DNA of 64,000 bases from an uncultured Phycisphaerales bacterium (GTDB lineage: Bacteria; Planctomycetota; Phycisphaerae; Tepidisphaerales; Tepidisphaeraceae): positions 672,001-736,000 of the forward strand of contig CAWJPJ010000007.1 in assembly GCA_963844715.1 (NCBI GenBank), given 5' to 3'. Positions within the stretch are counted from its first letter, which is position 1, and each line of letters opens with the position of its first letter. Made by a program: the position numbers and the translations under genes. Shown here piece by piece: positions 22,037 to 32,816 of the stretch. The notes beneath the pieces were generated by a model. That model saw only the letters and a list, made by a program, of their open reading frames with translations, was not told where the DNA came from and ran no database searches.

Positions 22037-23983
22037 ATGATCCTCAGTCTTATCCTCGTCGCCCTGACCGGTGTGGTGGCTTACTTCCACTACACCCAGG
22101 GGATTTTCAGCGCCACCATCAGCGCGATCCTGGCGACGATCGCGGCGATCGTCGCCGTCGGGTTTCACGAAAACCTTGCCGTCTATATCGCCGGGGGAAA
22201 GTTTACCGAAGAGGCGGCGGCCATTTCCCTTTGCGTGCTGTTCGCCGTCACTTATATCGTTCCGAGGTTTTTAATCGACCGGTTCATTCCCGGAAACGTG
22301 CGCACTCCCGGTCCTGGTCGACAAAATCGGTTCCGGGGTCATGGGATTATGGGTTGGTCTGCTCGCCGCCGGCATCCTGGGGATCGCGGCGAAAACCCTC
22401 CCCTTTGGGCCGGACGTCGGCTATTTCGCCCGCTACGACATTGGCGACAAAACCGGCCAGTACATGGGGCAGGGCCAGGAGCAAGACGTCAACATGTACG
22501 ACGTCACCGTCAGCCCCACGCTGAATCGCGGCGATTCCACTTACGTCCCATCTGATGAGCATCTTTGGTTTCGGCAGGACGAACTGGTCATGGGCCTGGC
22601 TGGGATCGCCAGCAATGGGTCGCTTGCCGGGAGCCAGTCTCTTCTGGCCATCCATCCCAACTATCTCGATGAAACATTCGGGCAGCGAATCGGCATCCAG
22701 GTCGGCGCAACCACACCCTGTATGCGACGCCCACGTCGCCGGTGACGGTTGGAGGAACATACACCCAGCCGTCGCTGGTGCAGATCGACGGGGAAATTCC
22801 GTCCTTGCGTCCGCAGAATGAGCTGGCTCCGCAGGTGCTCCAGCCGCAGGATCCGACTCAGCAGGCGATTCTGATCGTCCGCACGGTCATCGCGCCGACC
22901 AAGGATGCCGCGGATTCCGATGGATTTCTGCGTCTCTCCGCCGGGTCGATCGAATTGGTGGTGGGGGGAGGCGAAGAACTGGGGCTTGGGTCGATCGAAT
23001 ATCATCCCATCGCGACGCTCGACCGCCGGGGAATCGCGGTGGCTTGCCGCGTCGACGATTTCCTGATCGCTCCGATGAACGGCGCTCGGACCATCGATTG
23101 GGTTTTCATGGTCGACAAGGACCGGGTTTTCGGGCCGGGCGTGAAAGATCCGCCTTATCACATCCTCCCGGGGACATTCCTGGAAGTGAAGCGATATTCC
23201 CTCGTGGATCTGTCGGACTCTCGCGTGACGTACGGCCCGCCGACGAATCGCGACAAGATCAGCCTGCTGCGCAAATCGGAAATTGACAAATCGCTTCTCG
23301 CGCTGGGGCCGCAGCAGCTTCTTGGCGTGGCTCCGCCGACGCCCCCGCAGGCCGGGGCCAGCACGGGGGATTTGGGATTGGTTTTTCAGAGTCTCTCCGT
23401 CTCCTATGACGTATTCGCCGGGCTGGACGTCCGAAAGCCGGACCGCAATGGAACGGTGCAGCTTGCCAATGGTTTAAGCGGCTCGTGGGAAGATCGCGGC
23501 TGGAAAACGCTATCGGTACCCATCGCGGAGTTGGTCAGCGTCCTCGGCGCCGCCGGCACAAACACGATCGATCATTTCGCTCCGATGGATTCGGATGTGA
23601 TGGTCCAGTTCCACATGACCCTCCCCGAATCGACCAGCGGCAAAAAGGCCTGGGACTGGGCCCGCAACGTGGCGAACCTGGAATTGGCGGATGCCGACGA
23701 TAATGCGTTCAAACCGGTGGGCGTCTGGGTGCGCGCAACCCAGAAATCACAGGAGTACATCGTCGCTTCGTTTAGCGGTAATCCAGGGGGGTTCAATCCC
23801 ATCTCGCAGCAGAACTCGAAGATCAAGCCGATGGATGTGTGGATCGCGTTCTTCGTTCCCGCCGGCGATAAATTGCAGGAATTGCGATTGAGCCAGACGG
23901 CGATTCTGGAAGATTTGACCTTTAAGGCCAACGTCCCTCCAGCCAGCCAACCGACTACGGTCGGGTCGGCGGATCCGCGTTGA
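22037..23983 (+). CDS. CvpA-like membrane protein with large soluble C-terminal region (frameshifts near 22310 and 22720)
   Basis: YFHYTQGIFSATISAILATIAAIVAVGFHE N-terminus; three overlapping ORFs. Confidence 0.6.
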
Positions 23984-24040
23984 CAGAAAATTGCGGCGAT
24001 GCCTCCAAAGCGACCTGGTTTTCCCCCCTGCTTTTATCTA

Positions 24041-24927
24041 GGGCCTGTCTGATGAATCGCTTTTGGTTATAAATAGCGGTTTTCAGACGAGGTGTCACGG
24101 ATGCGACGTTATGAGCTCACGGATGAGCAGTACGAGTTGATCGGCGATCTGCTGCCCGGCAACGGCAAGCGCGGCGGGCAGTGGAACGACCACCGCACCA
24201 CGCTCAACGGCATGTTCTGGATTCTGCACTCGGGCGCTCAATGGCGCGAGATGCCCGAACGTTACGGCAGATGGCAAAGCGTCTACGACCGCTTCAACCG
24301 CTGGAGAAAGGACGGAACGATTGATCGAATCCTCCAGCGGCTGCAGATGAGGTTGGACAAGCAAGGACGAATCGACTGGGACCTGTGGTGCATCGACGGC
24401 ACCAATGTGCGAGCCAGTCGATCCGCCGCCGGAGCCAGAAAATCAAAACCGTCCCGGAAGAACCGGCGGATCACGCGTTGGGCCGCAGCCGAGGCGGGTG
24501 GGGCAGCAAGCTCCACCTGGTTACTGACGGCCAGGGAGTTCCGCTCGCCGTCGAGGCCAGCGCCGGCCAATGCCACGAGAGCCGGTACGTGGAGCCGGTG
24601 ATGAACGCGATGCGCATCGGTCGCCGCCGTCGTCGCCCCAGGAGGCTGGCGGGCGACAAGGGATACAGTTACGGAAATGTGCGGCGATGGCTGCGTCGCC
24701 ACCGAATCCAAGCGGTGATCCCGGCGAAATCGAATCAGCCGCCGCAGGAGAACTTTGATCGCAAGGCGTATCGCCGACGGAACGTGGTGGAGCGTTGCGT
24801 GAATTGGATGAAGGAGAATCGCCGCCTGGGCACGCGTTACGAGAAACTGGCGGTGAACTTTCAGGCCATGGCCAAGCTCGCCATGATCCGTCGCTATTTC
24901 AGGATTTTGGATTCATCAGACAGGCCC
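24041..24927 (+). mobile_element. IS5-family insertion sequence (IS427-like group), 887 bp
   Basis: Perfect 18-bp IRs GGGCCTGTCTGATGAATC (24041-24058; 24910-24927) flanked by TA on both sides (CTAG context). Confidence 0.95.
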
Positions 24928-24930
24928 TAG
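24101..24930 (+). CDS. IS5-family DDE transposase in two overlapping ORFs (-1 shift near 24440)
   Basis: YELTDEQY, WREMPERYGRWQSVY, IDGTNVRA; LGRSRGGWGSKLH, GDKGY, YRRRNVVER. Confidence 0.93.
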
Positions 24931-25296
24931 TCCCTTTTGCCCGGAACCTAATGATATCGGCTTACCGTCACTTTCCTATTTCGCGACTTTTGGCGGTCGG
25001 TTTGCGACCACGCGCGATTCGGTGATTTTGCGTGCTTTTTCTGCCATTCTTCGAACTTGGGGGGCTAGGCTTGCGATAATTCGAGGTCGGGTAGCAACTA
25101 TTTCGACTCTCCAGCAAAATGGGAGATCATCTAAAGAAATGTAGATTTCTGCTTGCATTGCTCATATATCTGATAATATAGAGAAAAGATAACGGTTGAG
25201 CCGGGTTGTTTTAAACATCTCCTAGTGACGGCAAATGGGGGTTTTGGCTGTTAAATTGGTGAATTTAGGTTGGATAATCCTTTTGGGAAGGAGCGG

Positions 25297-26520
25297 ATGA
25301 TCATGCAGAATCGCGCAACAGGGACACGCCATATCATTTTTCAGGGTCTTTTTGCATTAAGCGCGGGGCTTTGGGCGACGAGGGCCGCAGCAATTTCGAT
25401 GACAGTAAATCCCACGGGGACCGTAACCCTTACCATACCACCGCCACTCGGTACTGGAGTGGCAAACAAGGTCAGTCAAGCCAGCGTTTATGTGCAGAGC
25501 CAAACTCCTGGCGGGGTGGCGACATGGGCATCGGGCGACAACGCTACAACCCTTGCCACGGGAGTCTACGACTATACGACCGGGACGATTAAAAACGTCA
25601 ACGTTAATGCTGCGGGGAACGTGTATGTTGCCATTAACGCAAAGAAAATCTTCCGTAACAAAAACGCAAATACGGTGACGGTTTATCAGGGCCAATTTAG
25701 TGGTTTCTTTGCAAGCCCCGGAGACGGCAAAACGCTCGGATCACCGCCACTTCCGGCCTCGGCAGACATCGATCTCAGCACGACGTTCACCTATGCGGAT
25801 AATGCGGCTGGGGCCGCGATAGCAACGAAGGCCGGTATCTTTATCGACCCCACTTATAGCTATGTGGTCACAAATTCACTGGATCACACGGGGACCCTAA
25901 GCTTTTCAGACACAGGTAATTTGAGTTCTGTGCTGGGTTCCGGGCCCATGGATGTCCAGGGTTTAGTCGATTACGCCGACGGCAGCGAGACTCAAAATAA
26001 TGGCGCCACAGAATCGATTTTCGGGACTACGTTGTCGATCGATTCAATCAATGTTGAGGGTCTGGATGATGCGGGGAATCCGATTCTTTCCGGTGGAGAG
26101 GTATCCATTACTGATGGAAACGGGAATAATTATCTTCACGGTACATTAACCAATATCATCGCCGATCCCAACGGGGGAGATCCTATTTTTCAGGCTACGA
26201 TTGGCGACCTGACGCTGGGCGACGGCTCGGATTCCGGGCTCGACTCGCAATTGCTTCAGGATTGGGATGTGGAAGACTCATCGACCACCCCTTTAACGAT
26301 TTATTTTGATCCGTCGTTTATTGCGAATACAACTCTTTTCTCTAAATCGGAGGATACCCCCAGTTTTATTGAGATTGCACCGGTACCCGAGCCATCCGCT
26401 CTAGTATTGCTCGCTACTACGGGGCTATGGGGCATGATGTCCCGTCGCCAACGCGCCATCACGTCATCACCTTTGCGAATGACAGATCCTGTTAACGATG
26501 GACAGTTCCCACGAATCTAA
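25297..26520 (+). CDS. PEP-CTERM surface protein, lower GC than its flanks
   Basis: Signal peptide; VPEPSALVLLATTGLWGMMSRRQR. Confidence 0.85.
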   Translation: MIMQNRATGTRHIIFQGLFALSAGLWATRAAAISMTVNPTGTVTLTIPPPLGTGVANKVSQASVYVQSQTPGGVATWASGDNATTLATGVYDYTTGTIKNVNVNAAGNVYVAINAKKIFRNKNANTVTVYQGQFSGFFASPGDGKTLGSPPLPASADIDLSTTFTYADNAAGAAIATKAGIFIDPTYSYVVTNSLDHTGTLSFSDTGNLSSVLGSGPMDVQGLVDYADGSETQNNGATESIFGTTLSIDSINVEGLDDAGNPILSGGEVSITDGNGNNYLHGTLTNIIADPNGGDPIFQATIGDLTLGDGSDSGLDSQLLQDWDVEDSSTTPLTIYFDPSFIANTTLFSKSEDTPSFIEIAPVPEPSALVLLATTGLWGMMSRRQRAITSSPLRMTDPVNDGQFPRI

Positions 26521-26544
26521 AACAGGGTGCGCTGACCGATCCGC

Positions 26545-27111
26545 TTAGTTCCCCGATGGAAGACCTTGCAATCGGTCGTTGACCGCCTTGAGCGGATCGT
26601 TCTGATCGGATTGTCCGGATTGCTGTTGGGGGTTGGTCTGTCCGGGGGACGGCGCGGCGGCGACCGGTTGGCCGTGGTATGGCAGCACCAACTGCTGCCC
26701 GTCGCGCATGACGGTCAAGTGTCCGCTATGCGTGTACGCCTCGCGGACGCTGAGGTCCGCCGACTCTTCATCCTGCGCATCGGGCATTGCCCATTCGACG
26801 CTTTGATACTCCGCCATCACGATTTGATCGTGCAGCTTCAGGCCGAAGTACGACGCCAACGGGCTGTCGGGTTGGAGGCGTGTCACTTCGAGGTATGCGA
26901 GTTTGCCGTCCGCCCTCTTCTGCGGGGTCAATTGATAGGTGTCCTCGATATGCGTTCCGTTGTCGGTCACGCCGGCGATCTGTTCGACTTGCTGTCTTGC
27001 CTGATCACCCGCTTGGATGGTCGCCGGCGCTGTGTCCGCCTCCATCTTGAGCATGATGGCGACGGCGATTAACAAGCCGAGGAGTCCAAAACCCGCACCC
27101 AGTATTCGCAT
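26545..27111 (-). CDS. Hypothetical N-anchored protein (possibly PDZ-like)
   Basis: N-terminal TM; LQPDSPLASYFGLKLHDQIV and LTVMRDGQ resemble PDZ elements. Confidence 0.55.
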   Translation of the reverse strand: MRILGAGFGLLGLLIAVAIMLKMEADTAPATIQAGDQARQQVEQIAGVTDNGTHIEDTYQLTPQKRADGKLAYLEVTRLQPDSPLASYFGLKLHDQIVMAEYQSVEWAMPDAQDEESADLSVREAYTHSGHLTVMRDGQQLVLPYHGQPVAAAPSPGQTNPQQQSGQSDQNDPLKAVNDRLQGLPSGN

Positions 27112-27170
27112 ACGCACCTCGCGCCAGAAAGAAAATTCTAGCCTGTTTGATCAAATGTTTCTGGCGGCAA

Positions 27171-27875
27171 TCAGATCAATATCGGGATGCGCCTCGATTT
27201 TTGCGCCATGTCAAAAAATCGTTTCCTGGCGTTGAAACCGATCAATAGGTCGATATCAACGCTCTGATCGTTCCCGTGCCGCGTGAAATCCAGTTCCTCG
27301 ATGCGCAGTCCGTCGGTCTGGAGGGCCGCGACGGTCTGCCTGACGCATTCCGGGGCCCATTTGCGGCGCAGCGTAACTCGCACGAGCTTAATTCGCGGCA
27401 GACGCAGCTCAACATAGTGCAACATCCATAAGACGCAGACAACGAGGATCGCCGCCGCGGCGGTGAGGAGATACAGCCCCATCCCGGCCGCCAGGCCCAG
27501 CGCCGTGGCGCACCATAGCGCCGCCGCCGTGGTGAGCCCGCGCACCGTCGGGCCTTCCTTGATGATCGCTCCGGCGCAGAGCAGGCCGATGCCGGTCATC
27601 ACGCCGTAGGCGATTCGAGCCGGGTCGATTCCGATTTCGAATCCCTTGTACGCCGCCCAATCGCGCTGGGCGAATTGGATGGACACGATCATCGCCAAAG
27701 CCGCGCCGATGCTGATGAGGATAGTGGTGCGCAACCCCGCCTCGCGGCCGCGCATTTCGCGTTCCAATCCGACCAGCCCTCCGGCCAATGCGGCAAGGAC
27801 CAGACGCAGAATTCCCTCCAGCGGCATTCCCAAAGTGGCGGTTAAGGCTCGAAGGTGGGCGTCCAGATCGGTCAT
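27171..27875 (-). CDS. MgtC/SapB family protein
   Basis: GGLVGLERE, AGLRT, DPARIAYGVMTGIG, VRGLTTAAALW. Confidence 0.92.
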   Translation of the reverse strand: MTDLDAHLRALTATLGMPLEGILRLVLAALAGGLVGLEREMRGREAGLRTTILISIGAALAMIVSIQFAQRDWAAYKGFEIGIDPARIAYGVMTGIGLLCAGAIIKEGPTVRGLTTAAALWCATALGLAAGMGLYLLTAAAAILVVCVLWMLHYVELRLPRIKLVRVTLRRKWAPECVRQTVAALQTDGLRIEELDFTRHGNDQSVDIDLLIGFNARKRFFDMAQKSRRIPILI

Positions 27876-27978
27876 GCAAGTTTGCCGGAACCAAAATATT
27901 GTACCTCTAAATCGGGGTAATGGGGCCTCTTCCGGCTATAATCCGCAGGGCGGCGGTTTCCTGCCTAGGAGTAAGATC

Positions 27979-28653
27979 GTGAGCAAAAGACAAATTCGGT
28001 TGGGTTGGGTCTGGATCGCGTTGGCTGCCGCCGGAGCGGGGTACGGCAGTGCACCGAACCAGCCTGCTCGCGCTCCGATTCGGCAGCCGACCAGCCCCGC
28101 GGTGATCGCCCAGGATCAGGCCGCCGTCGTCTCCGCGAAAGCGGATTTTGACAAGGCAACGCAGGATGAAGATTCAGTTGCCGCCAAATATCGGGTTGGA
28201 TTCGAGGCGACCAAGCCGTGGATGGACGCATCGGCCGATCTAAAGTCCGCTCAGGCGGATCTGGATGCCGCCAAGCAGCATGTGATGTCGAATCTGAACC
28301 AAAACAGCGATTATACGGCTGCGGTTGCCGACCAGCAGAAAAGCTCGGGCGACCTGGCGATTGCCCGCTCGTCTCCCGATGCCACGCCGGATATCCTTGG
28401 GCCGCTGGTTACGGCGGCTTATGATTCTCAGGCAAAGGTGAAGAAAATGGAGGAGGAAGCGATGGCTTCGGACCCGGATGTCGCCGCGGCGGGGCAAAAA
28501 GTCGCCGCCGCAAAACAGGCGGTCGACGATCTCAATCAGAAGTTTCAGACGTCCCTGGGGGACAAGCCCGATTGGAAAACCGCCGACGATGCCGCCCAAG
28601 CCGCCAAAAAACGCCTCACCGACGCCCAGACGAAGCTCAACGCGGATACATAA
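27979..28653 (+). CDS. Secreted Ala-rich coiled-coil hypothetical protein
   Basis: GTG start with signal-like stretch; A/K/Q/D-rich helical body. Confidence 0.65.
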   Translation: MSKRQIRLGWVWIALAAAGAGYGSAPNQPARAPIRQPTSPAVIAQDQAAVVSAKADFDKATQDEDSVAAKYRVGFEATKPWMDASADLKSAQADLDAAKQHVMSNLNQNSDYTAAVADQQKSSGDLAIARSSPDATPDILGPLVTAAYDSQAKVKKMEEEAMASDPDVAAAGQKVAAAKQAVDDLNQKFQTSLGDKPDWKTADDAAQAAKKRLTDAQTKLNADT

Positions 28654-28685
28654 AAGCTTCGGGCGCAACGTATAAAAACCAAATC

Positions 28686-28713
28686 TTGTAAATCCGCGCG
28701 GGGCGCATACTAT
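28686..28713 (+). promoter_or_regulatory. Sigma70-like promoter upstream of the rny leader
   Basis: TTGTAA-16 bp-TACTAT. Confidence 0.5.
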
Positions 28714-28728
28714 CTAAAGATTGCGTTT

Positions 28729-28883
28729 GGACGGCGCTTGCGCGGGAGTGATCCCCGGGCGACGTCCGCGGGCGGTGCGCCGATGCGGAAGGCGGACCGC
28801 AGGGCTTTTGGAATCGACATGAACTTGGTCAATCTGGGAGTTTGGAGCCAGAAGGCAGCCGCGATCGTCCTGATCGCCTCGGC
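28729..28883 (+). ncRNA. Candidate structured RNA (SRP-like or 6S-like) upstream of rny
   Basis: GUGA-capped hairpin 28729-28767; long bulged hairpin 28779-28883 with core CATGAAC..GGTCAATCTGG...CCAGAAGGCAGCC. Confidence 0.4.
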
Positions 28884-29168
28884 GGCAGCGTTTTTGCTGG
28901 GCGCCGCGGCGGTTTTTGTTTCACGAATCGCGGTTTCGCCCCTGTTTCGGGGTTTGGCAACGCGCCTTTTCGGCGCCGCGCCATCGCCCCCGTTCCGGTT
29001 CGGATTTCTTCCGGCCGGCGTTTTCCCGTGCCTGTGCGGCCCTCCCAACGGATCAATCCCAACTCGCGCTCCTCCGGCCCACCAGGCCGGAGCTGATTCG
29101 AGCCGGGATTTTGACCTTTTCACGCTCTTCTCCATCGCCCATCCCAGGTTTCCGCGGACTATATTCGC

Positions 29169-30719
29169 ATGACCCTGATCCTCGGCATTTGCGCAGGGGT
29201 GGTCGTCGGCGCGGTACTGGCGCTGGGAATCCTCAAGGTAATGGGCCGGAACGCGCTGGTGCGTGCCCAGAGCGAAGCCGCGCGCGTTAAGGAAAACGCC
29301 GTTCTCGAGGGGCAGAACAAGGCCCAGCAACTCGAACTTTCGGCGCGGCAGGAACAAGCCAAACGCAAAGAGCAAATTGACCGCGACACGGAAGCGGCCC
29401 GCGCCGAACTGAAGAACCTGGAGGCCCGCCTCTCCAAGCGCGAGGATACCCTCGATCGCAAGCTGGACACGCTTTCGGTGAAGGAAAAGCAGCTTGACGA
29501 CCTGGAAAGGCGCATGGCCGGCGCGAAAAGGCCCTGGTTGCCAAGGAAGAGCAACTGAGCCAGATTCTGCGGCAGCAGAAGGATCAGCTCCTGCAAATGA
29601 CCGGGATGTCGCCCGAATCCGCCAAGGAATTGCTTCTTAAACGGATCGAGGAAGACTGCAAGCTGGAAGCCGGCGCGCTGATTCAGCGAATCACCGAAGC
29701 CGGCCCAGGACGAAGCCAAGGACAAGAGCCGCCAGATCATCCTCCAGGCGATCCAGCGCTACGCGGCGGAGCAGACAGCCGATCACACCGTCAGCACGGT
29801 GACCATTCCCACCGATGACATGAAAGGCCGCGTGATCGGCCGCGAAGGCCGGAACATCCGCAGCTTCGAGAAAGCTACCGGCGTCGATGTCATCATCGAC
29901 GATACGCCCGGGGTGGTCGTCGTCAGTTGCTTCGATCCGGTACGCCGTGAAATCGCCAGAATCTCGCTGGAGCGGCTGGTGCAGGACGGGCGCATTCACC
30001 CGGCGCGCATCGAGGAGGTCGTCACCGCGACCAGCAAGGAGATGGATGACGAACTCGTGCGGCTCGGCAAGGAAGCCGCGCAGGAGGCGAATCTCCAGCT
30101 TGCGAAGCCGATCATTCCCATGCTCGGACGCCTGGCGTTCCGAACCAGCTACGGGCAAAACGTGCTCAAGCATTCGCTGGAGGTGGCGTATCTTTCGCAG
30201 GTGATCGCCGATGAACTCGGCCTCGACGGCAATCTCGCCCGCCGTGCCGGCCTGCTGCACGACATCGGGAAGGCCATGGACCATGAGCAGGAGGGCGGCC
30301 ATCCCCAGCTAGGCAAGGAATTCCTCCAGCGCTTCGACGAGCCCGAGGCGGTCCTGAACGCGGCCCTGGCGCATCATGGGGACGTTCCATCGACAACGGT
30401 TTACACGCCGATCGTCATGGCCGCCGACGCGATCAGCGCCAGCCGTCCGGGAGCGCGGCGTGAAAGTCTGGAGCGATACGTCAAGCGTCTCCAGGAATTG
30501 GAAGACCTGGCGATGACATTCGAGGGGGTTCGGCAGGCTTACGCCATCCAAGCCGGCCGCGAGGTTCGCGTGATCGTCGACGCACGATTGGTGGACGACC
30601 GCATCAGCGCCAAAATCGCCCGCGACATCGCGGAGAAGATCGAGAAAGAGCTGAATTATCCGGGGGAGATCAAAGTCACGCTGATTCGGGAAGTGCGGAC
30701 CGTGGAATACGCTCGGTGA
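29169..30719 (+). CDS. rny: Ribonuclease Y (frameshifts near 29530 and 29700)
   Basis: N-terminal TM and coiled coil, [13 protein letters not shown] (KH), LLHDIGKA (HD), [12 protein letters not shown]. Confidence 0.95.
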
Positions 30720-30740
30720 CTCATTCCGCGCTGGGGAGCA

Positions 30741-31309
30741 TCAGCTACCTGGATTGGATTCCGTCCGAATTTTTTCCCACATTTCACCCAGACCCATTTG
30801 CGCCGCCCACCGCGTTATGTACGCGATATCGATCTGGTCTTGGCAAGTCTTAAGAACGCCGGCGATGTCCCGAAGATGCTTTTCCGATCCGCCCTCGCGG
30901 TAGTATTCCATCTTTTTTATGATCGTGTCCTCGGGGGAGGCGAAGCATGCGTCAAAGTCCTCTGCCGCTTGCAGCCGTCGAGTTCGGGCGAATCGTGACT
31001 CGTTGAAGGGATTCGCATCCGGCACGATCACGTCAACCTTCAGGCCGACGCCGGTTGAATGATATTAAACTGAGATTTCCTGAGCACCGCTTCGTGCGCG
31101 GCCGCCTCGCTGACGTAAAAATCGGATTCTGGGAACCGGCGACAGAATTCCGCGACTCGAGATGCGGGTAAATCGACGACCACATCAATGTCGTTGGTGA
31201 ATCGCGGCTCTCCGTAAAAGATCGTCGCGGTGGATCCGGTTACGAAATACCGAAGGCCCATATCCTCAAGGACGCGGGCAACGTATCGGAGGAGATCAGA
31301 CTGCTCCAT
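30741..31309 (-). CDS. Nucleotidyltransferase-fold protein, putative toxin (frameshift near 31045)
   Basis: YFVTGSTATIFYGEPRFTNDIDVVV; SPEDTIIKKMEY...KHLRDI. Confidence 0.75.
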
Positions 31310-31522
31310 GCGACAGCCTCCGCGCTGCCTCCTGTTCGAGGCGTCGTTCTTCCCAATCGGGGTGCTGGGCGCACAGATGGCTGAGCAGCATCTTCCGGCG
31401 CTGGAATACATATTGGCGGCAATGCGCAGTCGCTCGGCTCCGGATTTGGCGCGGATGACGCGAGCCATATCGTCGTCGATTACTTCAATAACCATCGGTC
31501 TTTGATGTGCGCCGTTTCCCAC
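31296..31522 (-). CDS. Small partner protein, putative antitoxin (frameshift near 31395)
   Basis: DDDMARVIRAKSGAERLRIA...HPDWEERRLEQEAARRLSHGAV; overlaps the NTase start. Confidence 0.65.
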
Positions 31523-31652
31523 GCCGGTACTTTAGCCATAGGCCGGGGACAATGACAATCGCGCTATTTGCAGGGTCTGGCGGATAGTTCTGCAAAACGG
31601 AAAAAACAAATCGGGCGCGGTGAGATATCAACAATCTGATTGGAAGTGGAGA

Positions 31653-32640
31653 CTACTTACCGGCCGGGATCGGGATACCCAGGCGGGCGATACGGCGGTT
31701 TAGCCGCTGGATGTTGATCCCCAGCACGCGGCTGGCGGCGGCTTTGTTGAAGTTCACTTTCTTAAGAGCCTTGGCGATCGTGCATCGCTCGATGTCTTCG
31801 AGGCTCATATCCTCGCCGCTGCCCTGGACCAGCGTGCTGGCCTGGAGGCGCGGCGGAAGATCGGCAACCATCACTTCCTGGCCCGAAGCGATCACGTGGG
31901 CGTGTTCCATCACGTTCGCCAGTTCACGCACGTTGCCGGGCCAGGGATAGGCCCGCAGAAGCATCTGAACTTCCGGCGACAGCGTCTTGAGCGTTTCGCG
32001 ATACAGTTCCGACTGCGTATTGAGGAAATGCTCCGCCAGGGGAACGATATCGGCATCGCGTTCGCGCAGGGACGGAAGCTTGAGGACGACCACGTTAAGC
32101 CGGAAGAACAAATCCTGGCGGAACGAGCCGTCGCGTACCATGGTGTCCAGCGAACGATTGGTCGCGCTGATGACGCGGATGTCGACCGGGCGCGGACGGA
32201 AATCGCCGACCGGGACCACGCACTTTTCCTGAAGCACGCGAAGGAGCTTCGCCTGAAGGTGCGGGCTGAGTTCGCCGATTTCGTCGAGGAACAATGTTCC
32301 GCCGTCGGCCGCGCGAATGAAACCGAGGGAATCGCGCGTCGCGCCGGTGAATGCGCCTTTCACGTGTCCGAACAATTCGCTTTCGAAAAGCGTGTCGCTG
32401 AGCGAAGAGCAGTCTACTGGAATGAAAGGCTTGTTTGTGCGAAGTGAATTCTGGTGAATGTAGCGGGCCAGCATTTCCTTGCCGCTGCCGGTCTCGCCGA
32501 GGATCATGACCGTCGAACGCCGCGGAGCGATGTCAACGGCCGTCTTCTTCAGGCGCAGTCATGATCGGAGAATCACCGACCAATTTCTGGTTCGCGAAGA
32601 ACGCCTGGGCCTCGAATTGAACTCCCTCATCCATTTTCAT
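31653..32640 (-). CDS. Sigma54-dependent activator (AAA+ and Fis HTH) without a sensor domain (frameshift near 32550)
   Basis: [38 protein letters not shown]. Confidence 0.9.
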
Positions 32641-32816
32641 TGCAACGATCCGATGCGGAATTGCTGGCTGTTACGTACCACACCGATTTGGACTTCAAGG
32701 GATAAGATACTTCCACTATGACCATTGTCAACCAGATTCGCATCGGAATTTTTATTAGTCACCCAGGATAAACGTTACAGTCTACCCAAATTAACAGCCG
32801 GCCAATTTAGCGGTTT

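Noticed and set aside
24430..24455. Programmed -1 frameshift in the IS5 transposase
   Set aside because: AGAAAATCAAAAC is not a canonical slippery run, and one extra A fuses the ORFs; it cannot be told apart from a homopolymer error
27646..27978. N-terminal extension of the coiled-coil protein
   Set aside because: It overlaps the mgtC-like gene antisense; a signal peptide begins at GTG 27979
28710..29290. Protein-coding ORFs in the rny leader
   Set aside because: No recognisable motifs, low-complexity translations; an RNA or leader explanation fits better, though a small gene is not excluded
31575..31595. Sigma54 promoter near the activator (TGGCGGATAGTTCTGC)
   Set aside because: GG-to-GC spacing is not the required 10 nt
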